Under the pieces are notes generated by a model, which saw only the letters and a program-made list of their open reading frames with translations, did no database searches and was not told the DNA's origin. The translations under genes were made by a program, and so were the position numbers. From the NCBI RefSeq assembly GCF_000737315.1, contig NZ_JMCB01000032.1, positions 5,792-69,791 on the forward strand: 64,000 nucleotides of DNA, in the 5' to 3' direction. This DNA comes from Hyalangium minutum (GTDB taxonomy: Bacteria; Myxococcota; Myxococcia; Myxococcales; Myxococcaceae). Of the stretch, positions 32,955-42,605 are shown piece after piece. Every line of letters starts with the position of its first letter. Within the stretch, counting starts at the first letter, position 1.

Positions 32955-35900
32955 TCAGTGTGGGCCGGGGGGAGGCAGCTCCTCCCGGCTCTCGCGGGCC
33001 TCACTCCCGAGTGCCTGCTCCAAGCTGTGCCGCAGCCGTGAGCGCATGATGTTGGGCATTTGCTCCGCGCGGACCAGCGCCTCTTGCAGCAGCCGGATGG
33101 CCTCCTGGCGCTCGCCGCGCCGGAGCCGGGCCAGGGCCTGCACCTCCAGCACCTCCAGCGGCTCTTGCTCCACGGAGTACGCGTTCGAGCGCTCTTGGAG
33201 CTCACGCCACTCTTCGGGGCTCGCAGGCCGGGCGCTGAGCTCCACCAACGAGAAGAGGACGGTCTCGGGAGGGCTGAACTTCTCCTCCTTGCGCTCCGCC
33301 ATCACCTGGCGGATGGCGTCCAGCACCTGGCGCGCCTGCTCTTCCTTGCCTTCGTACGCCAGCACCCGCGCGTGCAGCAGCCGCCCCCAGGGCCTTGGCG
33401 CCACCTCGGGGTGCTTCTGCTCCAGCTCCACCGCCCGTGCCACGTGAGGCGCCGCCGCCTGCGTGTCTCCCGCCTGGAAGTACAGCTCTCCCAAGTTGAT
33501 CTCCGCGAAGTACTCCCAGCCCGTCATCCCCAACTCGCGCCCCAACTGCTTGAACTGCTCCTGGTCCTCCACGGCTCGCCGCAGGTTGTTGCGCGCCACC
33601 CAGAGGTTGCGGCGGTTGTTGATGGCGCTGCCCAGGTGCAGCCGGTCCCCACGCGCGGCGGAGATGGTGATGCTCTCTTCCAGCACGCGCTCGGCCTCGT
33701 CGATGCGGCCCAGGTTGGGGAGGATGTGCCCCAGCAGGAGCAGGCAGACGACATGCGACTCGTAGCCCGCATCCCCCAGGTTTCGGGCCAGGGTCGCCGC
33801 CGACATCAGCACTTCCCGAGCCTTCTCCCACTGGCCACGGCGCAGTTGGCTCCGGCCCAGCCCCATCATCAGCCGCATCTGCAACAAGGGCGTGTCCAGC
33901 AGTGCGAAGGTGGCGACCTCCATGGCCTCGATGACGCGCTCCTCGGAGCGCGCGTAGTCGTTGCTCCAGTCGAGCGCCGTGGCCTCGTCCAGCAGCACCT
34001 CCACCTCCTCGGCCGCGTTGCCGAGCTGGTTCGCCATCCGCCGGGCGTGGGCCAGATCCTCCAGCGAGTCCTCATAGCGGCCCACCCGGTAGCGCATCAG
34101 CCCTCGGCCTCGGAGCGAGGTGAGGCAGCGCGGATCCTCGGTCTCTGGCAGAAGCTCCAGGATTCGGCTGTAGGTGGCCTCCGCCTCCAGGTAGGCATGG
34201 CGGTTGCGGGCCGCCTCGGCCAGATCAATGTAGAGGGCCGCGGCCTCCGAGAGCAGGCCCGCGGAGGCCGCGTGGAAGGCGAGCCGGGGCAGCAGCCGCT
34301 GCTCCACGGCACTGGCCTTCATATAGAAGAGGTGCGCGGCATGGTGGAGGCGCCAGCGCTGCTGCTCGGACAGTGAGCGCGCCACCTCCTGGCGGATGAG
34401 CTCGTTGCGGAAGCGCAGCCCCTCGTCAGGCTGCTCCACCAACAGCCCCAGTTCCACCAGGCGGCGGCTGGCATGGCGCGCATCCAGCGGGAAGTCAGCC
34501 GCTCCGTCCTCGCGCTCCAGGGCGCTCACCACGCCCTCCACCTCGTCGAGGGTGAAGTCTCCGCCGAGCAGTGCGCACAGGCGGGCGTGGGCAATCAACT
34601 CCGTGGGCAGAGCGCTGAGCTCGTGCTGAACGAGCCACTCGACCAGCCGGAGCTCCGGCATCCGCTCCAGCTCGTCCGTGGCCAGGAGCCAGCTCCCCCC
34701 GGGGCGCTGGCGCACCAGGCCTTGGCGCTTGAGGCCGCGCGCCAGCTCGACGATGAAGAGGGGGGTGCACTGGGCGCGCTCGGCCAGCTTCTCCAGGGCC
34801 TCGGAGGGGACGTTCTGCGCGGGGAAGAGCCCGGTGCGGAACAGCTCCATTGCGTCCGGTAGAGGCAGCGGCCCGAGCTTCAAGATGAAGTGGCGCGCCG
34901 CGCGCGAGGCCCACTGGGGCCGGGTGCGCTCGAAGCCGGAGCGGGCCAGCACGCAGACCCAGAGGGCGCTCTTGGACTCGGCGCGCGTCGCGTACTCGAG
35001 CGCATCCAGGGCCACGTCTTCCGCGAAGTGGGCATCATCCAGCAGCAGCAGCAGGGGCCGGGTCCGGGCGGAGGCGGCCAGCAGCTCGCCCGTGGCGCGC
35101 ACCGCCAGCGAGTGCAGTGCGCCTGGGGCGGCCGCCAGGCTTCGCAGCTCGGTGGAGGAGCCCCATCCCAGGTAGAAGGCCACCGCGGGCCATATCTCGT
35201 GGGCCAGGTTTTCCCCCAGTAACTCCACGCAGCGCGCGCGGCTCGTGGTCTCGCCTTCCTTCGATTGGGAGGACTCGCCCAGCGCCTCGCGGAGCAGCAG
35301 ACGCAGGGGACCTTCCTGGTCGCCATGGACGGGCTCCCGGGCGCGCAGCGAGACCACCCGGGCCTCGGGCAGTTGCTCCTTCAGGAGCTGGACCAGGGCA
35401 GTGGCGAGGTGGCTCTTGCCATGCCCCCGTTCTCCGAGCACCGAGGTGAGCGCGGGCGCCCGCTCCTCCACCGTCGCGCGAGCGCCGCGCACCAGCTCCG
35501 CTAGCTCCCCCTGCCGGCCCACCAGGACGCCATGGCCCAGGTGCACCACGCTGCTGTCTTCACGGGCCGCGGAGCGGATCTGCCGGAAGAGGCCCTGGCG
35601 CCCAGGGACGGGCATGCAGGAGAGGTTAGGCAGCCCCTCCATCGCCGCGGTGGTCAGCAGCAGTGTGGGCGGGCCTTCCTCGGTGGGGTAGCGATCCGCC
35701 CGGGAGAGCAGCGGTGTCATGTAGCGCGGAGGGCCCTGGGGACGCCGCTGCACCCTCACCATGCCGACGTCCAGCAGGGCGGTGGCGGCCAGGCCCTCGG
35801 TGGAGAGGCGCTCGGCGCACAGGCGCGCGCGCTGGAGCGGGTTCGGCTCGGACTCCGGGTCGAACACGGCGGCGAAGCGCGTCCCCTCGCGGAACGCGAG

Positions 35901-36959
35901 CTGCCCACCCCCCTGGGTCAGCGCCTTCTGGACAGCGAGGGGGTTGGCACCGGAGCGCAAGAAGAGCAGGGCCACCGAGCGGTTCTGCGACGAGGACGCG
36001 AGCGGTGCCGGAGTCGTGGGGGAAGCCGGTTTCCCGTGGGAGTGCTCGAGCGCCTGCCGAAGGGCCACTGCCAGAGCCCGGGCCGAGGTGTAGCGGCGGG
36101 AGCGCTCCTTGGCGAGGCAGCACAGCACCACCTCCTCCAGCGCCGCGGGCACGGTGGCCAGCTCCGAGGGACGCGGCGGCCGGCGGGAGATGTGGGACTG
36201 GAGAACATCTGCCGCCGGGCCGAAGAAGGGAGGCCGGCCCGTGAGCAGCTCGTAGAGGATGACGCCGGCGGAGTACACATCCGTCCGCTCGTCCAGATCC
36301 AGCCGTCCCGCGCACTGCTCGGGGGCCATGTACTCGGCGGTGCCCGCGTGGGCGAGCGCCGAGGCCGTGTGGGCCTCGGGCGTGTCGGAGAACGGCTTTC
36401 TCGCCAGGCCGAAGTCGAAGAACCCCACGGTCCTCCTCGCCTGATCCAGGAAGATGTTCTCCGGCTTGAGATCACAGTGGATGAAGCCGCGGCGATGCAC
36501 GGTGTCGAGCGCCTCGGCCAACGCCAGCCCCCAGCGTCTCATCTCGGACGCCGGGTCGCGCGGCTGCGTCAAGTGCTCGGCCAGCAGCGGGTGCGCAATA
36601 AACTGCATGACGATGTAGGCGGTGCCATCGCTCAGCCAGCCCGGCTCATACACCTCTGGCACGGTCGGTGGGCCAATGGTTCGCAGCGCCTCGAACTCCA
36701 GACCTGGCTCGTTTCCGCCTGAGATGTGCGCTTGGTGAAAGACCTTGATGGCGACTCGCAGGCCATCGCGCTGCCGCCGCGCGGCCAGCACCGTGCCGAA
36801 GCCTCCCCGGGAGATCGTGTACTCCAGCTCATAGTCGGCGATCTCCACCGCGGGCAGCGGAGGCCGGGAGGCGGTGAGCTCTCGGGCGGGAGAGGCCCCC
36901 TGAAGACAAAACAGGTGGCCCCCCTGCCAGCGCTGCCCGCATGTCAGGCAGCGCGGCAT
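32955..36959 (-). CDS. Ser/Thr kinase - NTPase (AAA/STAND-like) - TPR multidomain protein
   Basis: SRGGFG, VAIK, HCDLKPEN, DFG; Walker A GERGHGKS, Walker B LLLLDDAH; C-terminal TPR-like helices; ATG 36959 after GGAG. Confidence 0.9.
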   Translation of the reverse strand: MPRCLTCGQRWQGGHLFCLQGASPARELTASRPPLPAVEIADYELEYTISRGGFGTVLAARRQRDGLRVAIKVFHQAHISGGNEPGLEFEALRTIGPPTVPEVYEPGWLSDGTAYIVMQFIAHPLLAEHLTQPRDPASEMRRWGLALAEALDTVHRRGFIHCDLKPENIFLDQARRTVGFFDFGLARKPFSDTPEAHTASALAHAGTAEYMAPEQCAGRLDLDERTDVYSAGVILYELLTGRPPFFGPAADVLQSHISRRPPRPSELATVPAALEEVVLCCLAKERSRRYTSARALAVALRQALEHSHGKPASPTTPAPLASSSQNRSVALLFLRSGANPLAVQKALTQGGGQLAFREGTRFAAVFDPESEPNPLQRARLCAERLSTEGLAATALLDVGMVRVQRRPQGPPRYMTPLLSRADRYPTEEGPPTLLLTTAAMEGLPNLSCMPVPGRQGLFRQIRSAAREDSSVVHLGHGVLVGRQGELAELVRGARATVEERAPALTSVLGERGHGKSHLATALVQLLKEQLPEARVVSLRAREPVHGDQEGPLRLLLREALGESSQSKEGETTSRARCVELLGENLAHEIWPAVAFYLGWGSSTELRSLAAAPGALHSLAVRATGELLAASARTRPLLLLLDDAHFAEDVALDALEYATRAESKSALWVCVLARSGFERTRPQWASRAARHFILKLGPLPLPDAMELFRTGLFPAQNVPSEALEKLAERAQCTPLFIVELARGLKRQGLVRQRPGGSWLLATDELERMPELRLVEWLVQHELSALPTELIAHARLCALLGGDFTLDEVEGVVSALEREDGAADFPLDARHASRRLVELGLLVEQPDEGLRFRNELIRQEVARSLSEQQRWRLHHAAHLFYMKASAVEQRLLPRLAFHAASAGLLSEAAALYIDLAEAARNRHAYLEAEATYSRILELLPETEDPRCLTSLRGRGLMRYRVGRYEDSLEDLAHARRMANQLGNAAEEVEVLLDEATALDWSNDYARSEERVIEAMEVATFALLDTPLLQMRLMMGLGRSQLRRGQWEKAREVLMSAATLARNLGDAGYESHVVCLLLLGHILPNLGRIDEAERVLEESITISAARGDRLHLGSAINNRRNLWVARNNLRRAVEDQEQFKQLGRELGMTGWEYFAEINLGELYFQAGDTQAAAPHVARAVELEQKHPEVAPRPWGRLLHARVLAYEGKEEQARQVLDAIRQVMAERKEEKFSPPETVLFSLVELSARPASPEEWRELQERSNAYSVEQEPLEVLEVQALARLRRGERQEAIRLLQEALVRAEQMPNIMRSRLRHSLEQALGSEARESREELPPPGPH

Positions 36960-37062
36960 GGTGTTCTCCCCAATGCCAGACAGGACCCACGTACGGCAGG
37001 CTGCCGGATGTTCCCCCCCCGCATCGTCATGGGGGGCATCATACCTCACACGCCGGGTGACT

Positions 37063-38079
37063 TCATGGGCAGGGCCCACAATCCATGCAGCTGTCCGGAG
37101 TGAACCCCGTGCCACAGGACTCGCTGATCTGGCAGACGCCATCCCCACAGACATTGATGTCCGAGAGCTGGATCCGCGTGGTGATCGCCGGGTAGGCCTT
37201 CCCGTTGTAGCTGCACGTCACGTAATAGTTGTTCTGGAGGTCCGGCTTGCAGATCTCCGAGCAGGGGTCGACCTGATGGATGGGGGGGCACTTGTCCCCG
37301 GTGCCCGGCGTCTTCAGGCCGCAGGCCCTCACGCTGCTCTTGTCGGTGGACAGGCGGGCGTCACTGCCCGCGTAGACGCCCTCGCCATTGAAGATGTTGC
37401 CGAAGAAGCAGGCCTCTCGCTGGGCGAAGGTGGTGAACTCATGCGTTCCCACGGGGATCGGCGTCCCCAGGGCATCCCTCCCCTGGATCGAGATGTCCAC
37501 CGCGCGGCCGTATTTGTTGGTGTACGCCGCCATGCAGGCCGTGATGAGCTGCTGCTCGAGCTCGGTGGCGGGCAGGCCGCTGGCCCAGCCCGGGGTCAGA
37601 CCCCACTTTCCATTCCAGACGTATTGGATGCCCGTGGTGGGGTTGGTCCACGTGCGGCTGCTCCCATCCGAGATGCCACAGTCCACCACGTAGTGCATGA
37701 CCATATTCGCCAGGGAGACATCCTGGTTGAACCAGGTGATGAACGCGCTCGTATTCATCGCGTTGGTGATCAATCCCGAGGTGCTCAAGCCGTTGGTAGC
37801 CATTCCATTGGTAGCCATTCCATTGGTAGCCATTCCATTGGTGGCCATTCCAGTTTTGCTTGGAGAATTGAGCAAGTCGCTCTTGCTGCCGAGCACCGGT
37901 GAGGCGGTGTCTGGCAACTCCTGCGCTGAGCCCTCTTCTTCCCAGGCGGGCTCTCCGCAGCCTCCTGCCAAAAAGCCGAGCAGCACCGCTGCCGGCAGGG
38001 TGGAACATACACTTCGGCCGTACCGCGAACCGCGGTTCATCCAACGATCTGGTGTCATCTGACCCCCCAGTACTGCCAT
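37063..38079 (-). CDS. Cys-rich lipoprotein with TNGMA pentapeptide repeats (start possibly ATG 38040)
   Basis: Lipobox LAGG-C; GMATNGMATNGMATNGMATNGLSTSGL; terminal CGDGVC...CMDCGPCP. Confidence 0.82.
   Translation of the reverse strand: MAVLGGQMTPDRWMNRGSRYGRSVCSTLPAAVLLGFLAGGCGEPAWEEEGSAQELPDTASPVLGSKSDLLNSPSKTGMATNGMATNGMATNGMATNGLSTSGLITNAMNTSAFITWFNQDVSLANMVMHYVVDCGISDGSSRTWTNPTTGIQYVWNGKWGLTPGWASGLPATELEQQLITACMAAYTNKYGRAVDISIQGRDALGTPIPVGTHEFTTFAQREACFFGNIFNGEGVYAGSDARLSTDKSSVRACGLKTPGTGDKCPPIHQVDPCSEICKPDLQNNYYVTCSYNGKAYPAITTRIQLSDINVCGDGVCQISESCGTGFTPDSCMDCGPCP
37799..37852. repeat. 15-bp tandem repeat (about 3.5 units)
   Basis: GCCATTCCATTGGTA units at 37799, 37814, 37829 (one change) plus partial unit. 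Confidence 0.9.
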
Positions 38080-38114
38080 GACTCTGCTTACGCAGAGGTG
38101 CTACTGCAGTCTGC

Positions 38115-39494
38115 TCAACCAGAGCAGGTGCGTCGTGCGTCGTGCGTCAGAGAGAAGCCGCTGGCATCCCTGAGAACCCAGCCAGCGGTGTCCGCCAAGG
38201 GACCGCCGGTGATCTCAATGCCATCCGCGTCTCCATGCGCCTCGACCTGTCCCACGTGAACACAGACATGAACATTCACACGCGATTCGGCTACCCGTGT
38301 CTGTGCATGTTGATGAAGCTCTCGCGCTACGGCCAACAGCGCGGACGGCTCCACCTCGGGGGATTCATCGAGCAGACGAACTCCCAGCAACGTCATCCCC
38401 GTCTGCTCGGCGAGGATGAAGCCCGTGTCGCGCAGCTCCTGCTCCAGCGCGTCGAGCACGTCACTCACGGTGCTGTAGGCCGCATCGTCCTCGGCTCCTT
38501 CGGAGATGACGGCCTCCGCATGAAGGACGAAGGCGCGGGCGCTCCGGCTGCCCGTGGGATTCTGGATGGCAGCCCCGGGAGCCACCGCGTCGCGGAGCGC
38601 GGCGATCAGGGCGGTGACCGTCTGGAAGCGCCGGCTCGCTTCCTTTTCCAGGCACCGCAGCACCACCGCATCCACCGCGGGGGACACGGGGACGAGGGCG
38701 CTGGGCCGGGGAGGAGGAACTTCCAGGTGCATGCGCTCCACCTCCAGCCGATTCTCCGACTGGAAGGGGTAGTGGCCCGTCAGCATCCGGTACAGCAGCA
38801 CCCCGAGCGCGTAGATGTCTGTATAGGGACCAATGGTGCCTCCGCGGATCTGCTCGGGTGACATCGCATGGGTGGTGCCCAGCCGCTGGCCATCCGTCGT
38901 CAGGCCGGGCTGCCCGGGCTCGGGGTGGATGATCTTCGCGATGCCGAAGTCGAGCAGCTTCACCTGCGGCGGCTCTCCATCGGAGACCACCGCCACGTTG
39001 CTCGCCTTGAGATCCCGGTGCACCACGCCTTTCTCGTGGGCCGCCTCCAGCGCGGCGCAGACGGGCTCCAGGAACTCCAACGCGCGGGCCGGGGTGAAGC
39101 GGCCTCGCTCCAGCAGCAGGTGAGTGAGGGTCCGCGCCGGCAGCAGCTCCATCACGTAGTAAGGACTGCCATCCGGCAGAACGCCAAAGTCGTGAATGTC
39201 AACGATGTTCGGGTGGCGGATCTTGTTGATGACCTGCGCCTCACGCACGAAGCGCTGCAACATCTCGCCCTTGTCCGTGAGATGGGAGTGCAGCACCTTC
39301 ACCGCTGCGCGCCGCCCGAGGATGCGATGCTCCGCCTCGAACACGGCGCCATGGCCCCCGAGGCCCACCACTGACCGCAGTACGTACTCGCCGGCCAGAG
39401 AGCCAGGGCCTAACTTCCACGCAGAGCGCGCCTCTCGTGAGAGGAGCGCCGTTGCACCGAGTGGGGGCGAGTCAGTGCCAGGCGTGTCTTGCAT
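38115..39494 (-). CDS. Ser/Thr protein kinase with divergent C-terminal domain
   Basis: GLGGHG, AAVK, HRDLKASN, DFG; no TM helix seen. Confidence 0.9.
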   Translation of the reverse strand: MQDTPGTDSPPLGATALLSREARSAWKLGPGSLAGEYVLRSVVGLGGHGAVFEAEHRILGRRAAVKVLHSHLTDKGEMLQRFVREAQVINKIRHPNIVDIHDFGVLPDGSPYYVMELLPARTLTHLLLERGRFTPARALEFLEPVCAALEAAHEKGVVHRDLKASNVAVVSDGEPPQVKLLDFGIAKIIHPEPGQPGLTTDGQRLGTTHAMSPEQIRGGTIGPYTDIYALGVLLYRMLTGHYPFQSENRLEVERMHLEVPPPRPSALVPVSPAVDAVVLRCLEKEASRRFQTVTALIAALRDAVAPGAAIQNPTGSRSARAFVLHAEAVISEGAEDDAAYSTVSDVLDALEQELRDTGFILAEQTGMTLLGVRLLDESPEVEPSALLAVARELHQHAQTRVAESRVNVHVCVHVGQVEAHGDADGIEITGGPLADTAGWVLRDASGFSLTHDARRTCSG

Positions 39495-39703
39495 GGCTTA
39501 CATTTTACGGTCCCGTGACACGGCCCCTGCATTACCCAGGGGACGGGGGAAAGCGTCATCAACTTAACAGAACTGCCAAGGAGTTCTCCAGGGGGCTTGG
39601 TTTTTTCACGGGGCGTGCGGCTTGGTGTCGGGCAGGAGACAGGGAAAGATCGGGGAAGGGGCCTGTGCGTTGCAATCCGAGCCCTCCCTGAAGTGGAGCT
39701 TCC

Positions 39704-40501
39704 TTGTCCCTGCGCCCGCTGACGCCTCCCGCCTCGCCGTCCGGCCCTCTCTCGGGGGTGTCGCGCTTCATCGGCGGCTTCCGCTGGGCCTTCATGCCCC
39801 TGGGGCTGTTGGCCCTCATCGCCGTGGGGGTCCACGCCGCCGCGGACACGCTGGACGAGCGGCTGCTGTCGCTGGTGGACATGCTGGACGCCGCGTTTGA
39901 CCGGCTCGTGGGCTCCGCCACCTTCACCGAGGGGTTGGTGGACCTCATCTCGCTGGAGGAGCGCACCCAGATTGCCCGGGGCCTGGCCCTGGCGTGGGAG
40001 TTGGCCGTGGATCTGGTGCTGGCCCTGCCGGCGCTCGGCTACCGCGAGTCGAAGCACACCGAGGAGGAGCCCTGGAGGAAGTACCTCGCACAGGACACGC
40101 GTCCCACCTGGCGTCAGCTCTTCGCGCGCTTCTGGGAGAAGCCCACCACGCTGCGCTGGACGCGGCCGCTCGCCACGGCGGGCGTCGTCGTCGCGGGAGC
40201 GTGCGCGGTGGCCCGGCTCGTCCAGGGCACGGTGTATCTGTCCTGGCGCGGGCTGCTGGGGGAGGGCGCGGCGGACGCGGCGGCAAGAGGCCTGGCGCTC
40301 GGGGCGCTGGTGGGCATTCTCGCGACGCTCGGGTGGCGCGCGGTGCTGCGAAACCTGCAGCACGCGGACACCGTCTCCGAGGAGAACATTCGCGGCCGGT
40401 GGAAGGCCTTCTCGTATGGGCTCGTGGGCTCGGCGCTGGCGGTGCCCCTGGCACTCGCCGCGGCGCTGGATGCGTCTCCTGTCCTCTCCTTCTGGCGGTG
40501 A
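39704..40501 (+). CDS. Hypothetical membrane protein
   Basis: Several hydrophobic segments; 9 bp before M23 gene. Confidence 0.7.
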   Translation: MSLRPLTPPASPSGPLSGVSRFIGGFRWAFMPLGLLALIAVGVHAAADTLDERLLSLVDMLDAAFDRLVGSATFTEGLVDLISLEERTQIARGLALAWELAVDLVLALPALGYRESKHTEEEPWRKYLAQDTRPTWRQLFARFWEKPTTLRWTRPLATAGVVVAGACAVARLVQGTVYLSWRGLLGEGAADAAARGLALGALVGILATLGWRAVLRNLQHADTVSEENIRGRWKAFSYGLVGSALAVPLALAAALDASPVLSFWR

Positions 40502-40510
40502 GGTGGCCTC

Positions 40511-41521
40511 GTGTTCTCTCGTAACGCACGCGGCCTGCTCGACTTCCTGATGGCCTCGCTGTGCCTCTGGACGGCGTACCACCACACGCCCGCGGGTGCG
40601 CTGGTGCGGCGGGCCTCGGCCTGGGCCTTCAACACCCGGAGCACCGCCCGCCCCTTGCTGGCCTACTACGACGGGGTGAGCAGCACTGGCGTCACCACCT
40701 CCGCGCTCGTTCCCGAGGTACCCCTGGTGCGGCCCATCTCCGAGGCGGGCGCGCTGGCCTATGGGACGCACCTCGCGCTGAAGGGCCTGCAGCCGAAGGC
40801 GCAGAAGCCCGCTCTGGCGCTGGCCGCCGAGCTGGGCCTGTCCTCCGAGGCGCTGCTGGATGCTGCGAAGGGCCCCGTCACCGCGCGCAAGCTCCTGGAG
40901 ACGCTGGAGGGAGAGTTCCCGAGCGAGGAGGCTCGCCTCACCGCCGTGTTCGCCGGACGCATCCCCGCGCGCTATGCGCTGGAGCGCGTCTCGGCGGAGG
41001 GGGGCTCGCCCACGCTGGAGCAGTTGGCGCGGCAGCTCCCTCCCGGATTCGAGGACGCGCAGGTGGCCGCGAACCAGGCGCTCGCGCTCACCACCGCGTT
41101 CGGGCTGGCGTGGCCCGTGCCGGAGAACACGCGTGTCGCCAGTCCCTTCGGCTACCGGGTCCACCCCACGTTGGGCTACCGCAAGCTGCACACGGGCGTT
41201 GACCTGAGCGTGCCCCAGGGCACTCAGGTGCACGTGGTGGATGACGGTGTGGTGCGCCGCGCGAGCGAGGATTCCGTGAACGGCCGGGTGCTCATCATCG
41301 ACCACGGCCGGGGCGTGTCGACGGCCTACTGCCACAACTCGGAGTTGCTCGTGAAGGTGGGGCAGCGCGTGAAGCGGGGCGAGCTCATCGCGCATTCGGG
41401 CAACACGGGCCGCTCTACTGGGCCCCACCTCCACTATCAGCTCGAGCTGGCCTCGCAGCCCGTGGATCCGCTGCGCTTCCGCAGGGGCTCGCTCCCCGTG
41501 GCTGCCGGCTCGCGCCCTTGA
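40511..41521 (+). CDS. M23 family metallopeptidase
   Basis: HTGVD (HxxxD), YCHNS, STGPHLHY (HxH). Confidence 0.92.
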   Translation: MFSRNARGLLDFLMASLCLWTAYHHTPAGALVRRASAWAFNTRSTARPLLAYYDGVSSTGVTTSALVPEVPLVRPISEAGALAYGTHLALKGLQPKAQKPALALAAELGLSSEALLDAAKGPVTARKLLETLEGEFPSEEARLTAVFAGRIPARYALERVSAEGGSPTLEQLARQLPPGFEDAQVAANQALALTTAFGLAWPVPENTRVASPFGYRVHPTLGYRKLHTGVDLSVPQGTQVHVVDDGVVRRASEDSVNGRVLIIDHGRGVSTAYCHNSELLVKVGQRVKRGELIAHSGNTGRSTGPHLHYQLELASQPVDPLRFRRGSLPVAAGSRP

Positions 41522-41556
41522 GCACGGGGCGCGTTTCATGAGGCCGTGGGAGGGGA

Positions 41557-41613
41557 CGCTGACATGTCAGTCCCTGGCGCTGACATGTCAGTCCCTGGCG
41601 CTGACATGTCAGC
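41557..41613. repeat. Three CTGACATGTCAG palindromes at 21-bp period
   Basis: Copies at 41559, 41580, 41601 separated by identical TCCCTGGCG. Confidence 0.92.
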
Positions 41614-41731
41614 TGCGCCCCCCTTGCCAGGAGAGCAGGGCGGCAGGCTGGGGGCACCGCGTTTGCTAATCCCCCGGAAGCACCGCTAGAACTGTCGGCC
41701 ACTTCACTGTCACTCGCAGAGAACCCCCGTC

Positions 41732-42550
41732 ATGGAAGATCTCGTCAAGCAGTTCCAGTCCCTCGCGCTGACCGAGGCGTTGCCCTTCTTTCTCAAAATG
41801 GGCGGCGCTTTCATCCTGTGGTTCGTAGGACGTGCGATTATCAGCGGCTTCCGGCGCGTGCTGTCCCTGACGCTGCAAAAGCGCAAGCTGGACGCGACGC
41901 TGATCCGCTACGTCGAATCCCTCTTCTCCGGCATCTTCACCATTCTCCTGCTGCTCGCTTTGCTGGGGCTGATCGGCATCGAGACCACCTCGTTCGCCGC
42001 GCTGCTGGCCGCGGCGGGCATCGCCATCGGCTCGGCGTGGGCCGGGCTGCTGGGCAACTTCGCTGCGGGCATCTTCTTGCTCGTCCTCCGCCCCTTCCAG
42101 GTGGGCGATGAGATCAACGCAGCCGACGTCAGCGGTGTCGTGCACGAGATCGGCCTGTTCGTCACCGCCATCGACACGCAGGACAACCTGCGCATCTTCG
42201 TCGGCAACGGTCAGCTCTTTGGCGGCAACATCACCAACTTCAGCCACCACCCCCACCGCCGACTCACCATCAAGGTGCCGGTCATCCACGGCAGCGACAT
42301 CGCGTCCGTCAAGCGCGCCCTGGCCGAGCATGTCGCGAAGGCCCCGGACGTGCTGGCCGAGCCGGCCGTCTCCATCGAGATCGCGGAGTTCGCGCTGGCC
42401 GGGCCCGTGCTCGCGGTCCAGGCCTGGTGCCGTCCCCAGCACGCCAACGCGGTGCAGGACGCCATGGGCCACGCCATCCAGGATGCCATGGTCTCGGCCG
42501 GGTACGCCGTTCCATTGAACTCGAACTGGATCCTTCCCAAGGCGGGTTGA
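41732..42550 (+). CDS. mscS: Small-conductance mechanosensitive channel family protein
   Basis: TM3 AAGIAIGSAW..LLGNFAAG, RPFQVGD. Confidence 0.88.
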   Translation: MEDLVKQFQSLALTEALPFFLKMGGAFILWFVGRAIISGFRRVLSLTLQKRKLDATLIRYVESLFSGIFTILLLLALLGLIGIETTSFAALLAAAGIAIGSAWAGLLGNFAAGIFLLVLRPFQVGDEINAADVSGVVHEIGLFVTAIDTQDNLRIFVGNGQLFGGNITNFSHHPHRRLTIKVPVIHGSDIASVKRALAEHVAKAPDVLAEPAVSIEIAEFALAGPVLAVQAWCRPQHANAVQDAMGHAIQDAMVSAGYAVPLNSNWILPKAG

Positions 42551-42605
42551 TCCTCGACAGCATCTCTGCTGACGGACCCTGGCGCCCGTGTTACTCCCGG
42601 GCGCC

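Noticed and set aside
38128-38148. GTGCGTC x3 heptamer as phase-variation switch
   Set aside because: Only three units and in the last codons of the gene; slippage would alter a few terminal residues
39460-39494. Sigma54 promoter near TGGCAC on the minus strand
   Set aside because: GC is one base off the required -24/-12 spacing and the site lies inside the kinase ORF
41557-41613. CRISPR mini-array
   Set aside because: Linkers between palindromes are identical and 9 bp long; no unique spacers and no cas genes
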